Source: Macrostomum hystrix (taxonomy: Eukaryota > Animalia > Platyhelminthes). Taken from it: a stretch of DNA of 64,000 nucleotides. The stretch covers positions 1,860,001 through 1,924,000 of the forward strand of contig CATNEN010000041.1 in NCBI GenBank assembly GCA_950097015.1, given 5' to 3'. The notes under the pieces were generated by a model. The model had not been told where the DNA came from, did not search any database, and saw only the letters and a program-made list of their open reading frames with translations. Position numbers and translations under genes: made by a program. Below, one piece after another: positions 25,101 through 36,158 of the stretch (its first letter is position 1; each line of letters begins with the position of its first letter).

Positions 25101-28100
25101 TCGCATCGGAACTCACGCAGCGGACTCCTGGTGTTGTAGTTGCAGCCGCAGCGGTGCTTGGAGCAGCCCCAACACTTCTTGATCAGGAAGCGAATCAGCT
25201 GGTACAGGTGCGAGAAGATGATTAAGGGCGGCGGCAGGCAAGGCTTCTCTGAGAACTCGCGCACCAGACTCAGCCGCATGAAGCGCCAGGTCTCCGTTGT
25301 GCGACCCTTCATCGTGTCGAAGGTGTGCGCGAAGGTGGCGATGAGCAGGTTGAGCATGAGCACATTGGCCAGGATGATGTAAGCGGCCAGTAGGATGGGG
25401 GAGATCCAGGTGCCCTCGGGGGTGGCACACCTGGGCAAGGTGTTGTTGGACCACAGGTCCTCATCGAAAGTGCAGGCCAGCTCGCCTTGCATTTTGTCCA
25501 GATAGAACTCGCCGAAGATCTGGTAGAAGGCGCGCTGGTACAGGTCCTTGATCAAGCCGCTCTCCTTGAAGGAGTTCGGGTACAGGATGGCCTGCTGGGC
25601 GATGCCGTAGCCTGTGATCAGCACCAGGAAGATGACGAAGAAGTGGAACAGGTCCACAATCTGCAATGCATTCATGGCCTCATGCTCAGACTGGATGTAG
25701 GATTTCTGTTACTGGTTGGGATTCTGATTATTATTTCATCTTTCAGACATGAACTCTTCGAGTTGAGAACATTCAGTCTGGGGGTTTAAGATTTTCGAAA
25801 TTTGGGATCCTGGGAATTTGGGATTCTAGGAGTTGGGATCCCGGGAGTATGGGATCCTGGGAGTTTGAGATCCTGAGAGTTTGGGTTCTTGGGAGTTGGG
25901 ATCCTGGGATATCCTGGCACGCGATGCTCACCATCTTGCCGATCATGACCATGTACGGTCCCAGCACCGAGTCCAGCGAGTAAAAGTGCAGCAGGCGGAA
26001 GAAGAACAGAACCAGGTCGATGGCGTAGAAGACGCGCCCGGCGGCGAAGCACTCCTCAGTGGGCAGCACCCGGAACAGAATTCCCAGCAGGAACAGCACC
26101 AGGATGACCATGTCCATGATGTTCCACGGGTCCGTGGCGTACTCGATCAGCTTCTCGCGGAAGGTGTGCCGGTTCACGAACAGGGCCTGCGGGCAGTGGC
26201 GATGGCGAATACTTTTGATCCCCTGGTACTTCTGATCCCCTGGTACTTCTGATCCCCTGGTACTTCTGATCCCCTGGTACTTTTGATCCCCTGGTACTTC
26301 TGATCCTCTGATACTTCTGATCCCCTGGTACTTCTGATCCCCTGGTACTTCTGATCCCGTGGTGTTTCTGATCCCTTTGGTACTTCTGTCTCTCTGTCCT
26401 CGGATTCTCCTTCCTACATTTAAGTGACGTCAGTTGCTAATTTTAGCAACAGTCCTTTTGAGAGGGATCTCCTCCTTGTTTCTATTTTTGGAAACTCACG
26501 TGAGCTGCACAGACTCACCTGTCTGATCTCCTCCACAATGAGGGTGCAGATCCAGATCATGAGCAGGATCTCGGAGGGGTGGATAACCGGGTTGAACTCG
26601 GTGAGGATCACATACGAATAGAGCAGCAGGAACAGCAGGTAGAACAGGTAGTTGTACATGAAGATCACCCGGGGTGACAGGTGAAACTCTCGCAGCTTGG
26701 CGCAGCAGCCGAGCTTGGAGCTGCCTCTGAGGAAGCGGATGTTCTCGCGGGCCAGTCCGGACTCCAGTTTCTGCCAACGATCGCTGCCACAGCGGCCGTC
26801 GCCGGCGCCGCGCCGCATGAAGATCTCGTCGATGTCCTGATCGTCCTCCATCCAGCGCAGCTGAGCGAGTCGCTGCTGCCGGGTCTCCGAGCTGTACACT
26901 GTGCCCAGGGTGGCACCCAGCAGGTAGAAGGGAAAGCAGATCACTGTGAGCACGATGTACAGGAACAGCTTCATCGTGCTGTTCTGGCCAGATACGCCGC
27001 CGTTCCACACATCGCTGAGCAGCCGCTGCGGCGAGTCCTGGCTGACAAAGTCCAGACTGCGCGAGTAGCTCGCTAGCTGCAGCGGTGTGGCGCCACCGAA
27101 GAACTCGGAGACTCGGATGAGCAGCAGCTCAGAGCGGATCGGGTCGCTCTTCGAGGTGTCGGCGATGAGCCGGATGGCCAGCTGCTCGAACTCGCTGCAT
27201 TGGTCAGATTGGTGATTGGTTATATTAGTTATTTTTATTATCAGTTATATTGGTTATAAGTGATACTGGGGGTTGTTTGCTGGGGGATTGGTTGCTGGGG
27301 GATTGGTTGCTGGGGGGTTGTTTGCTGGGGGATTGGTTGCTGGGGGATTGGTTGCTGGGGGATTGGTTGCTGGGGGATTGGTTGCTGGGGGATTGGTTGC
27401 TGGGGGATTGGTTGCTGGGGGATTGGTTGCTGGGGGATTGGTTGCTGGGGGATTGGTTGCTGGGGGATTGGTTGCTGGGGGATTGGTTGCTGGGGGATTG
27501 GTTGCTGGGGGATTGGTTGCTGGGGGATTGGTAACGATTGGGATTGGGATTGGAACCCGGGGAAGTCGACCCGTTACCTTACCTGGCGGCCTGTAGGATC
27601 TCCTGCTGCTCCCGCATGTCGTCCTCCACCTCCTTGGCGATTTCGGTCCAGACACGGTGGGCGAAAAGGGCGGCCACCAGCGGCTCGGAGACCTCCTCCC
27701 AGAGCAGCCGCGCCATGGACAGCCGGCTGGTCAGGACGCTCCACACGAACAGGTCATTGTACGGATCGTCAAAGTGCGGCAGGCTGAGCTCCGCCTGCTC
27801 CTCCTCCCCTGGAGGGAGAAATTAGTGCGATGACAATGGGTCACCATGACAACGGGTCACCATGACAACGGGTCACCATGACAACGGGTCACCATGACAA
27901 TGGGTCACCATGACAATGGGTCACCATGACAATGGGTCACCATGACAATGGGTCACCATGACAACGGGTCACCATGACAATGGGTCACCATGACAATGGG
28001 TCACCATGACAATGGGTCACCATGACAACGAGTCACAATGACAGGAAGTCAGCGTCACGATTACGAACTGAAACTTTTAGAACATATGCGACTCGAAGTT

Positions 28101-31100
28101 CTAAGCTAAATCGCAGAAAGAAGAAATTCCAAAAGCACATTAGTTGAAAAGCAAAAGAGGTTTAAGAATGACTAAAAGGTACTAGTTCCCTGTAGCACGA
28201 GTACAAAGCAGTGCAATCAAAAATAGCATAGAGTGCACGCTGAAATTTCCTAGAAGTAATAAGACATACCGAAGTAACAGGCCGCTTATCATAGAATGCT
28301 AAAAGAGTTTTCTTCAAGAATCACAACTAAAACAGACACGAAACGACACGAAAACTGACTTACAGCACAGCCGCTTAAACTCTGAGGATTGATTGGGGTG
28401 TGAATGATTGGCACTTCCGATGGCTTTGCGTTTGAGAATTTATGCGATTCCCAGAATATTGCTCGTTTAATACTACTTGCCGTGAAACAGTAAGTAGCAA
28501 AATGAAAATCTGGCAACTAAAAAAGCTGAATTTTATGGCAAAGCGGTCCTCACTGTGCACAACAATGGGCAGCCGGGCGTTCTTCAGGATCGGCAGCTTC
28601 TCCTTCGTGTCCAGGTCGGCCACGGGTCCGGGCTCGTCTGGCCTGATGATCACGTCCGGACAGAGGCCGATGTAGCGGGGGTCGCTCAGGTAGGGAGACT
28701 GGAAGAACTGGCCGGCCACCGACTCCAGCACTTCGCCGACATCTTCCAGGGAGAAGTAGCGCTTGCCCTGGGCGGGTGTCAGGGTGTCAGGGTGTCAGGG
28801 TGTCAGGGTGTTAGGGTGTCAGTGTGTTAGGGTGTCAGTGTGTTAGGGTGTCAGTGTGTTAGGGTGTCACTGTGTTAGGGTGTCAGTGTGTTAGGGTGTC
28901 AGTGTGTCATTGTATTAGTGTTTCAGGGTGTCAGGGTGTGAAGGGTGTCAATGTGTCAGGGTGTCAGATTCTTTGATATCGATAAGCAGCTCACTCACTT
29001 TGTCCCTCATCTTCATGAAGACCTTCCAGATGAACTCCTTGGCCCGGGTGTCGGGGTAGATGGTGTTGTAGAGAAACACCAGCTTCTCGATGCTCAGGAA
29101 CTCCTTCATCATGAAGTTGTGGTCCAGGAAGATCTTCACAAACTTCGGCCGGTCCAGCACCAGGGCCTTGTACATGAAGGGCTCCAGGCTGTGGGTCTGC
29201 GAGACGGATCGAGGACTTTTGGAGTCAGGGTCAGAGTCAGGGTTCAGTTCACAGATCTGCGATCACTCACCGACCACTCGAAGTCACCGTCGAACACGAT
29301 CTTCCTGGCGATGTCGTCCCGATTGAGTGTCAGGGCCAGCTTCAGTTGGTCCTCCTTCTTGTGATTGGCTGCGATTTTGGGGCAGAAAGATCCGCTTTGG
29401 TTAGATTTTGTCTTATGTCTATTGTCTTTGGCCCAGACCAGTTCCCAACCACAATTCCCAAACCTTTCATGATGGCCTGCAGGATGGCCACGTCCAGATT
29501 GCAGGTGAAGTCATCGCTCTCCAGCTCATAGACATTGACCAGGTGGTCGTATTTGAGAATGGTCTCAATCCAGTCCATCAGCTCTGGCAGCCGCTTGTCG
29601 CCGAATTCGGACCTGAGGCGGGTAGTGAGCTGTCGCACCTGATCCTCCGTCAGCTGGCGCTCCACCCTGCGGACCGGTTGGAGTTTTGCCATAGACAACA
29701 GAGGTTGCGAGAGAATAAGGAATTGCGGAAGATGGAAGCAGGAAACCTGTAAGCAGAGAGGACAGAGGATTGAGATGCCAGAAATTGGAATAGAGGCACA
29801 CTTTGCGGCCATGGAATAGTGATCAAGGGCAATGACGCATTCGAATAGACAAAGCCAAACTCATTTTCAGAAGGCCCCTCACCGCGCAACTTCGTTGCCA
29901 TCAGAATCCTCGACCACCGCCTTGGTTGGCAGGCTGAAGTTGTAGGCGTACGCCAGGATGTCAGCCGCGCCCTGACTGCCCCTGACGAGCAGCACCGGCG
30001 TGCCCTGCTCCACCGCGCACTTCACCGTCTGCACCGTGCCGGGTCCGCCCTGCACCACCAGGCAGACCATGGGAACCCGGCTGGCATCGCGGCTGGAGTC
30101 CACGGGCAGCTCGGCGAGGGCCCGCTCGATGCGCGCCCTGGCGGGAATCTCCGCGCCGAAGCGCAGCTGGGTGCCGTTGTCAACAAGCAGGAAGTGGCTG
30201 TGGTTCACATCCAGGTTGCACGTGTGCGGCAGCAGGCGGTAGCTGTGCCGGTAGGCCACCGGCTGGCCGCAGTGGCTTTCACAGAGCAGCTGCTCCCTGA
30301 AGGCCGAGGTCAGTTTGGAAGGCTCATTCTTGATCTCCCGGGTTCCCCAAGGTCAGTTTAGAAGGCTCATTCTGGATTTCCCGGATTCCCCAAGGTCAGT
30401 TTAGAAGGCTCATCCTGGATTTCCCGGATTCCCTAAGGTCAGTTTAGAAGGCTCGTCCTGGATTTCCCGGATTCCCTAAGGTCAGTTTCGAAGGCTCGTT
30501 CTGATTACTCGGGGTTTTCCCTACTGACTAGAATAATCTCAGATCCTCAGTCGCCAGCCTCACCTGTTGGCCACGGTGCCCCACGGCGCGATGCCCAGAC
30601 ACACCACCGGTCGTCCGGCGCCGCTGCCATAGTCCTTCACCGCCTTGCCGGCCAGCTTCATGACGCCCTCAGAGGTGCCGCCGGTGATGATCCAGGCCCC
30701 AGTAGTCTTGGCAGCGTCCATCAGGCCCTTCTTGAAGGCCTTCTTCAGCCGCTTGTTGAGCTGGAGCTTCTTGGCTCCGCCCGTCACCGAGATGATCATG
30801 CTGGGCGGCTGCAGGCCCCAAACCTCCAGCAGCAGCGACTTCACCGTCTCCGTCTTGCTGGCCGCATCCAGCCGGACATACTACAAGTGAAAAAAAAACA
30901 GCGAAATCCCTCCATGGCTACTGACAGTAAGATTGTGCGAGGCACGGAAAAATTCTGGTGACCGAAAAAGCGAGGAAAAGATGAAGAGAGAAGAAAAATA
31001 AGAAAGAAAGATTACGAGTACACAAGAGTTGTGAAAAATCACAAAATATTTTAACTGCTTTTTTGGTATAATAAATACATATTTTTAATTTATAAAACAG

Positions 31101-32383
31101 ATGACACAGGGAGATATAAAACACTGGAGAGATGAGACAGGGAAGAGATGAGACAGGGAGAGATGAGACAGGAGAGCGATGAGACAGGTGAGATTTGAGA
31201 CATGGGAGCAATGAGACAGGGGAGCGATGAGACAGGGAAGCGATGAGACAGGGGAGCGATGAGACAGGGAAGCGATGAGACGGGAGCGATGAGACAGGGG
31301 AGCGATGAGACAGGAGAGCGATGAGACAGGTAAGATTTGAGACAGGTAAGATTTGAGACAGGGTAGAGATGAGATAGGGGAGCGATGAGACAGGGGAGCG
31401 ATGAGACAGGGGAGCGATGAGACAGGGGAGCGATGAGACAGGGGAGCGATGAGACAGGGGAGCGATGAGACAGGGGAGCGATGAGACAGGGAAGCGATGA
31501 GACAGGGGAGCGATGAGACAGGGGAGCGATGAGACAGGGGAGCGATGAGACAGGGGAGCGATGAGACAGGTAAGATTTGAGACAGGTTAGAGATGAGATA
31601 GGGGAGCGATGAGACAGGAGAGCGATGAGACAGGGGAGCGATGAGACAGGTAAGATTTGAGACAGGTTAGAGATGAGATAGGGGAGCGATGAGACAGGAG
31701 AGCGATGAGACAGGGGAGCGATGAGACAGGTAAGATTTGAGACAGGTTAGCGATGAGATAGGGGAGCGATGAGACAGGAGAGCGATGAGACAGGTAAGAT
31801 TTGAGACAGGTTAGAGATGAGATAGGGGAGAGATCAACATAGGAGCTTCGAGGGCCGCGTATGCGGCCGGAGATAGCCGACCCCTGGTCTAGATGACTGG
31901 AGTTGAAATCAAGCATCTGCACCTAGCTCACCTTAGCAATTTTGCCACCTGCCAGCAGCATCTCACCGCAGGCGTTTGTCTGGCCGCTCTCCACGGTGCA
32001 CGTGTCCTCTCGCCACTTCTCGCCCACGCCGCCGGACCTGACGTGGTCGCCGCCGGCCGGGTAGCCGCAGGCGCAGACGGAGTCGTCAATGCTGTCGAGT
32101 GTGTCAAAAGTGCAATCGGCGAGCTTAAAAAGCTTCTCTAGACCCTCGGAAAACAACTGTACGCTTACCCCAAGTGGTCTTCTTGTCCGTAGACAAATTT
32201 CACGCAGGATCGCTTTTTGAAGTTCTGCCGGATCCAGTCGATCTCCGGGTCGGCCGCCACGTGCATGCCCCTCGGGCCGGACTCCATTGGAATTTCCTCC
32301 ACAGCCTGGCCGTGCTCATTCGACCTCAGGTCAGCGCCACTGCTGTCGTGGACTTTGTTGTTGGGTGGCGGACCCCTTGATAT
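22149..32383 (-). CDS. TRPM2: TRPM2-like transient receptor potential melastatin channel with C-terminal NUDT9-homology domain (18 exons, about 1620 codons)
   Basis: Exons on the minus strand: 32383-32169, 32091-31932, 30880-30564, 30296-29883, 29666-29464, 29368-29271, 29196-28999, 28767-28554, 27808-27583, 27194-26519, 26186-25932, 25660-25117, 24881-24749, 24564-24375, 24280-24196, 23737-23422, 22988-22481, 22268-22149. All are GT-AG and phases sum correctly to 4872 nt. Motifs: WIRQNFKKRSCVKF, CACG, PSMIISVTGGAK, AWIITGG, LDVNHSHFLLVDNGT, VVQGGPGT, QLKLALTLNRDDIA, DLFVWSVL, S1-S6 (EEIRQ, DPWNIMD, FFFRLLHF, GPYMVMIGKM, YQIFGE, NVLMLNLLIATF), TRP box WRFMR, LPPPLII, and NUDT9-H (PLNPAGRTGLSGRG..WGPNH, YLDDERNTDNAW). 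The true start may be an in-exon ATG or an upstream exon. Confidence 0.93.
23160..23378. repeat. 15-bp intronic minisatellite (G-rich on the TRPM sense strand)
   Basis: Unit CCCCAGATCCCCTGA. Confidence 0.92.
24610..24740. repeat. 18-bp intronic minisatellite
   Basis: Unit GGGATTCGGGAAGAATCT, about 7 copies. Confidence 0.9.
26215..26385. repeat. 17-bp intronic minisatellite
   Basis: Unit TGGTACTTCTGATCCCC. Confidence 0.9.
27268..27530. repeat. 15-bp intronic minisatellite
   Basis: Unit GGGGATTGGTTGCTG. Confidence 0.92.
27830..28035. repeat. 16-bp intronic minisatellite
   Basis: Unit TGGGTCACCATGACAA. Confidence 0.92.
28775..28965. repeat. Short-period intronic repeat (GTGTCAGG(G)/GTGTTAGG)
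   Basis: It fills most of intron 28768-28998. The sense strand reads CCCTGACA/CCCTAACA. Confidence 0.85.
30305..30495. repeat. ~43-bp intronic tandem repeat
   Basis: Unit AAGGTCAGTTTAGAAGGCTCATCCTGGATTTCCCGGATTCCCT, 4-5 copies. Confidence 0.88.
31105..31830. repeat. 16-bp intronic minisatellite with higher-order variants
   Basis: Unit AGCGATGAGACAGGGG, interspersed with GAGACAGGTAAGATTT and GAGACAGGTTAGAGATGAGATAGGGG variants. Confidence 0.92.
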
Positions 32384-32579
32384 CTGCGCAGTTTATTAAT
32401 AGGAAAAATAAGTCGATTAACTCGTAAGCGATTTTCAACTTTAGTATTTTTAAAGAGCATCATACTCTTTTTGGCAGCACTCCTGCTGAGATTTATAAGG
32501 CCTATGGATTATTAAGCGGATTACTAACGAAAATTTTAAAATGGATTTCTTTATTTTATCTGTACATAAATACACGCTC

Positions 32580-32725
32580 CAGAGGGCAATTGTAGCCAAT
32601 TTGTTAAAGGTTTGGACTTCTTAAAATTAAAATTGGTGCCAGCATCAGCTAGGGCAGAAATTTTGGTAGGTGTGGCGGCCTCCCTAGTCTACGGACTGAG
32701 CAGCTTAGGATGCACCATACAATAT
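32580..32725 (+). mobile_element. Internally deleted, diverged second copy of the SINE at 35548
   Basis: It shares AAATTGGTGCCAGCATCAGCT, GGTGTGGCG.C..CCC and GATGCACCATACAATA with 35683-35763 (AAATGGGTACCAGCATCAGCT, GGTGTGGCGTCCCC, GATGCGCCACACAATA). It begins with a decayed tRNA-like 5' half. Confidence 0.6.
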
Positions 32726-33939
32726 ATGTGTGTTTATTACAATAACTAGGCTAGGCGTGAATTCTTTATCTATAATATATGAATCCGCAGTTTAACAAGG
32801 GTAAAAGCAAAAAGAAGCATAATGTGTTATTTCAGTAACTCCTGTCTTTCGCATCAGTTCGACAAAATCAAAATGTTACATTTTTTATATAATATATCGG
32901 AAAATATAGAGCCTTATTTCCCAAGATTATTCTCTAAATATGACTTCATTATCTGTTCTCTACAGAAAGATTAATTGCCACAAAAGAGATACCGAAGATA
33001 CGCAATAACAACTAAGTGAAATGCGCACATGCATAAAATGAGTGTATTTACCCCGAATTTAGATTTTCCGGTCATAAGACGTTACTTTTGTTATTGCTAT
33101 TTGGATTTTCTAAGCTGTGCTCAAATGAAAAATCAATTGTTATGCCTTTTTTTATTGTAAATTGTGAAAATGGCAAGAACTGAAAACCGAATACGTGCCC
33201 TTCGTTGTCAGGACAAAGAAAACATAATAATGTTAATAAAAATTGCACTTGAAAAAAATAATACCACATTTAAAGCACTCTTTGCAGCATGCACAATTTT
33301 CGATTATTTCATCTGCAAAAGGCGTGAAAATTGTGTTAAAATCTAGCGATTACGGTAAATTCATTTCGCGGAAAGGGACGCCGTGTGTAAACAAAAACTT
33401 AAATAGAAATGAACACCTTTATTCTTCTCTGCTAATACTAACGCAAAAGCAAAGGCAAATGCTTATGCTATATTCTAACGGTACGAGCAAAGCATGAATA
33501 TGGTTAATTTGTGTTTTTGTACTTTCTTTACATTGTTTTGCTCTGATGAATGTCATAAGAATGTTATAATACAGTTTCAATCATTTTTTCATATACTACA
33601 CTACATCCACGACAACTGCTGAATTTGTATACTCTATGTTAATACTCGTAAAAAAATAGTAAATGTAAATTTATTCTAGGCTTAGTTTAGCAACTTTCGT
33701 TTTTTAAGTTAAATAGGCATGCTAATTTAAAAGAATTGAAAAATTCACCTAAATGTATATGCTTGGGTTAAAAAACGATTTACATTTTAAATGTCACTTT
33801 ATGTAGTTAAAATCAAGGCATAGTTCTAGTTTACTTCACAATATTATTCTGCCTTTTGTTAAATTATTATACCCCATTTTATTTTATCCCCGTGTGATGG
33901 CATTGATGGAGCTGCACCCAACATTAGCGGCAAGCCCAT

Positions 33940-34092
33940 GCACCAGGCATAGCCATTGATGAATATGCTTCCCTGTCTGCATTGCAGACACATGTCTATG
34001 TCACATTGAGTGCATCTCGCCTGGTTGGAAATCAGGTGATGCTTTGCAAGGCACTTCATGGTGGTGACGTTATCCCGATTGGCTTCCACCAT
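33940..34092 (-). mobile_element. Merlin/ISXO2 (IS1595-like) transposase N-terminal remnant
   Basis: TMKCLAKHHLISNQARCTQCDIDMCLQCRQGSIFINGYAW resembles the Merlin N-terminal pattern (L..xxLL.....C.xC...M.L.......GY.W). Confidence 0.5.
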
Positions 34093-34879
34093 CTTGCAAA
34101 TTCCAAAGTTTCTTTTAGTTTAGTATAGTTTATTAAAAGCTTGACAGCATTCATTTGCAGGGCAAATTACTGTCGGTGCAGCGGTGCAACCTTTAACAAC
34201 CATAATGGCTGTAAGGGTCGTGGTAAGAGTAAGAAAATACATGAAATTAATATAACAAATTACAGTAGAATTATGAAATAATATAACAAAGTACCCTATT
34301 GGATATGGCTCTTTTGCACATTGTCTCTGGTGCACTTTTGCTTGTTGGTTCATTTGGTCAGGATGCACAAACTTGACTTATCACATGCTATTGCTATAAA
34401 TAGCAGTGGCATATTGTAGTTTCATTTGTTAAATTAATTTTTCATTTTAAATAATCTGTTAATGAAAATTTATGATTGTTAGGAGATCACCAGATTCCAC
34501 CAATAATTTTTAATGATGCTCTGGTTTCTGTGGTCATTTATTTACAGTTTTTTAATGCTGATACAGACTATGCCAAAGACAACTTTTTGGGCTGACATGG
34601 CTTAATTTAATATTTGTCTCTGGGTCAGTAAGATTTTTGGTGTGCAAAGAATGCTTTGGAGGGAATGGCTAGATGTCCAGCAGTACCTACAACTATTATA
34701 CCACCTGCTGATTTGCAACCTATAGGCTCACTTACCTAACTGAATCTAAACCATTGTTAGTTGGCTGTTCTGACTTCAGACTCTCAGTCAGCAATACACT
34801 GGCTTGCTACATACCACCTTTTGTCCAATGAACCTCATTGTAGCCACTGTGCTACTAGTGGTATAGCTTAAGGATATCC

Positions 34880-35107
34880 ATCCTGCCTGGGATGCATGTT
34901 ATTACTGATGGGTGGCAGGCATATAATGGAGTTGTTGCCATCATACTCCAAGTTCAACATGCAGTTGTTAACCATAGGCAGAATTTTGTCAATCCAGTGG
35001 ACCATACTGTGCACACCAACCTAATTGAAGGCACGTGGGCTCATGCAAAGGCTAAACTATGAGCCATGTTTGGGACATCTGACAACCTGTTTGAGTCTCA
35101 TCTCATG
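34880..35107 (+). mobile_element. Merlin/ISXO2 (IS1595-like DDE) transposase C-terminal pseudogene fragment
   Basis: Hand translation from 34880 gives ILPGMHVITDGWQAYNGV...QHAVVNHRQNFVNPVDHTVHTNLIEGTWAHAKAKL*AMFGTSDNLFESHL. This matches the ILPGT.I.SD.W.AY / VNH...FV.P....HTN.IEG.W signature. There is an in-frame TGA at 35060. Confidence 0.85.
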
Positions 35108-35547
35108 TTAACACAATTGCTGAATGTTTCAATGAGGTTTTGTATATACTTGTTTGGACACAGTTTGTCAGTTTTATTGGTAACATTTGTAAGTCTTCAT
35201 TAACAGTTAATTTAAAATGAAAAAATAATTTAATAAACAAAACTACAGTTATGCCACAATAGCCAGTGTGATCCCAAGCAAGGATGCTAAGCATATAACT
35301 AGAGGAAGTCAACAGCTAAATGGAGTTGATGATCACCATGTCAATGATGCACTGAATTATTGAACTGAAACAGTAATTTAAAATAAAGTAGCTAATCTAA
35401 TTTGATCAATTTTAATCAAAAGTTATTTTCTCCTAGCAGTTAGAGTTTGCATTCTTATAATCAAGGCAATGGGTTAGAATCTCAGGCTAAGAGTGAGTTG
35501 TGTTCTCACTTTACTTATTTATGCTTATATTCTTAAGAGGTTCTTAA

Positions 35548-35770
35548 GAGGTTGTAGTCTAGTGGTTAGGGCGTCAGACTAACAACTTGAAGGTCGGGGG
35601 TTCGATTCCCAACTCCACTGAAACAATTTGTGTCCTTCAGCAAGGCACTTAACTCTGCATTGCTTCAGTTCACCCAGCTGTTAAATGGGTACCAGCATCA
35701 GCTGGGATAATTGAAGGTGGGTGTGGCGTCCCCGTACGCAGCCTTCAGATGCGCCACACAATAGCTGTGG
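35548..35770 (+). mobile_element. tRNA-derived SINE with CORE (MIR-core-like) domain
   Basis: A box TAGTCTAGTGG (about 35555) and B box GGTTCGATTCC (35599-35609). These are followed by GTGTCCTTCAGCAAGGCACTTAACTCTGCATTGCTTCAGTTCACCCAGCTGTTAAATGGG, which resembles the CORE consensus GTGACCTTGGGCAAGTCACTTAACCTCTCTG.GCCTCAGTTTCCTCATCTGTAAAATGGG. Confidence 0.75.
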
Positions 35771-36158
35771 CTGTGCTGTCGGCTGCACATCTGGCCCGAT
35801 TGGGGATATTTGATTTAATAATGATTTCTAACTCTGGCTAACTTTATATCTTTATAAAAACCCCATTATTTCCTTTGTTATTACCATTTGGTCAAGACTA
35901 GCTTCTATTTACTTTTTTTATATAACTTTCTTATTGTTTTATCAAATTTCAGTAGCTGCAATCTTTTGTGGCCATAATGTCTTTCTTTTTGTAAAAAACT
36001 CTTAAGAATTTTCTTAGACAAAATACATTTTACTTCTCAATTCTTTAACTAAATATGCCTACCTATTCCTTTGCAAAAGTTTTTAAAGTTAGCTTAGAAA
36101 AATTAAAAGTTTAACACTTATTTGTTTCTTGAATGCTTCTCTGCAATGTCTCTTTAAT

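Noticed and set aside
35548-35620. Functional tRNA gene
   Set aside because: Stems are mismatched and the T-arm 3' side is shortened. The sequence continues into a CORE-like domain with a second partial copy nearby, so it is a SINE head.
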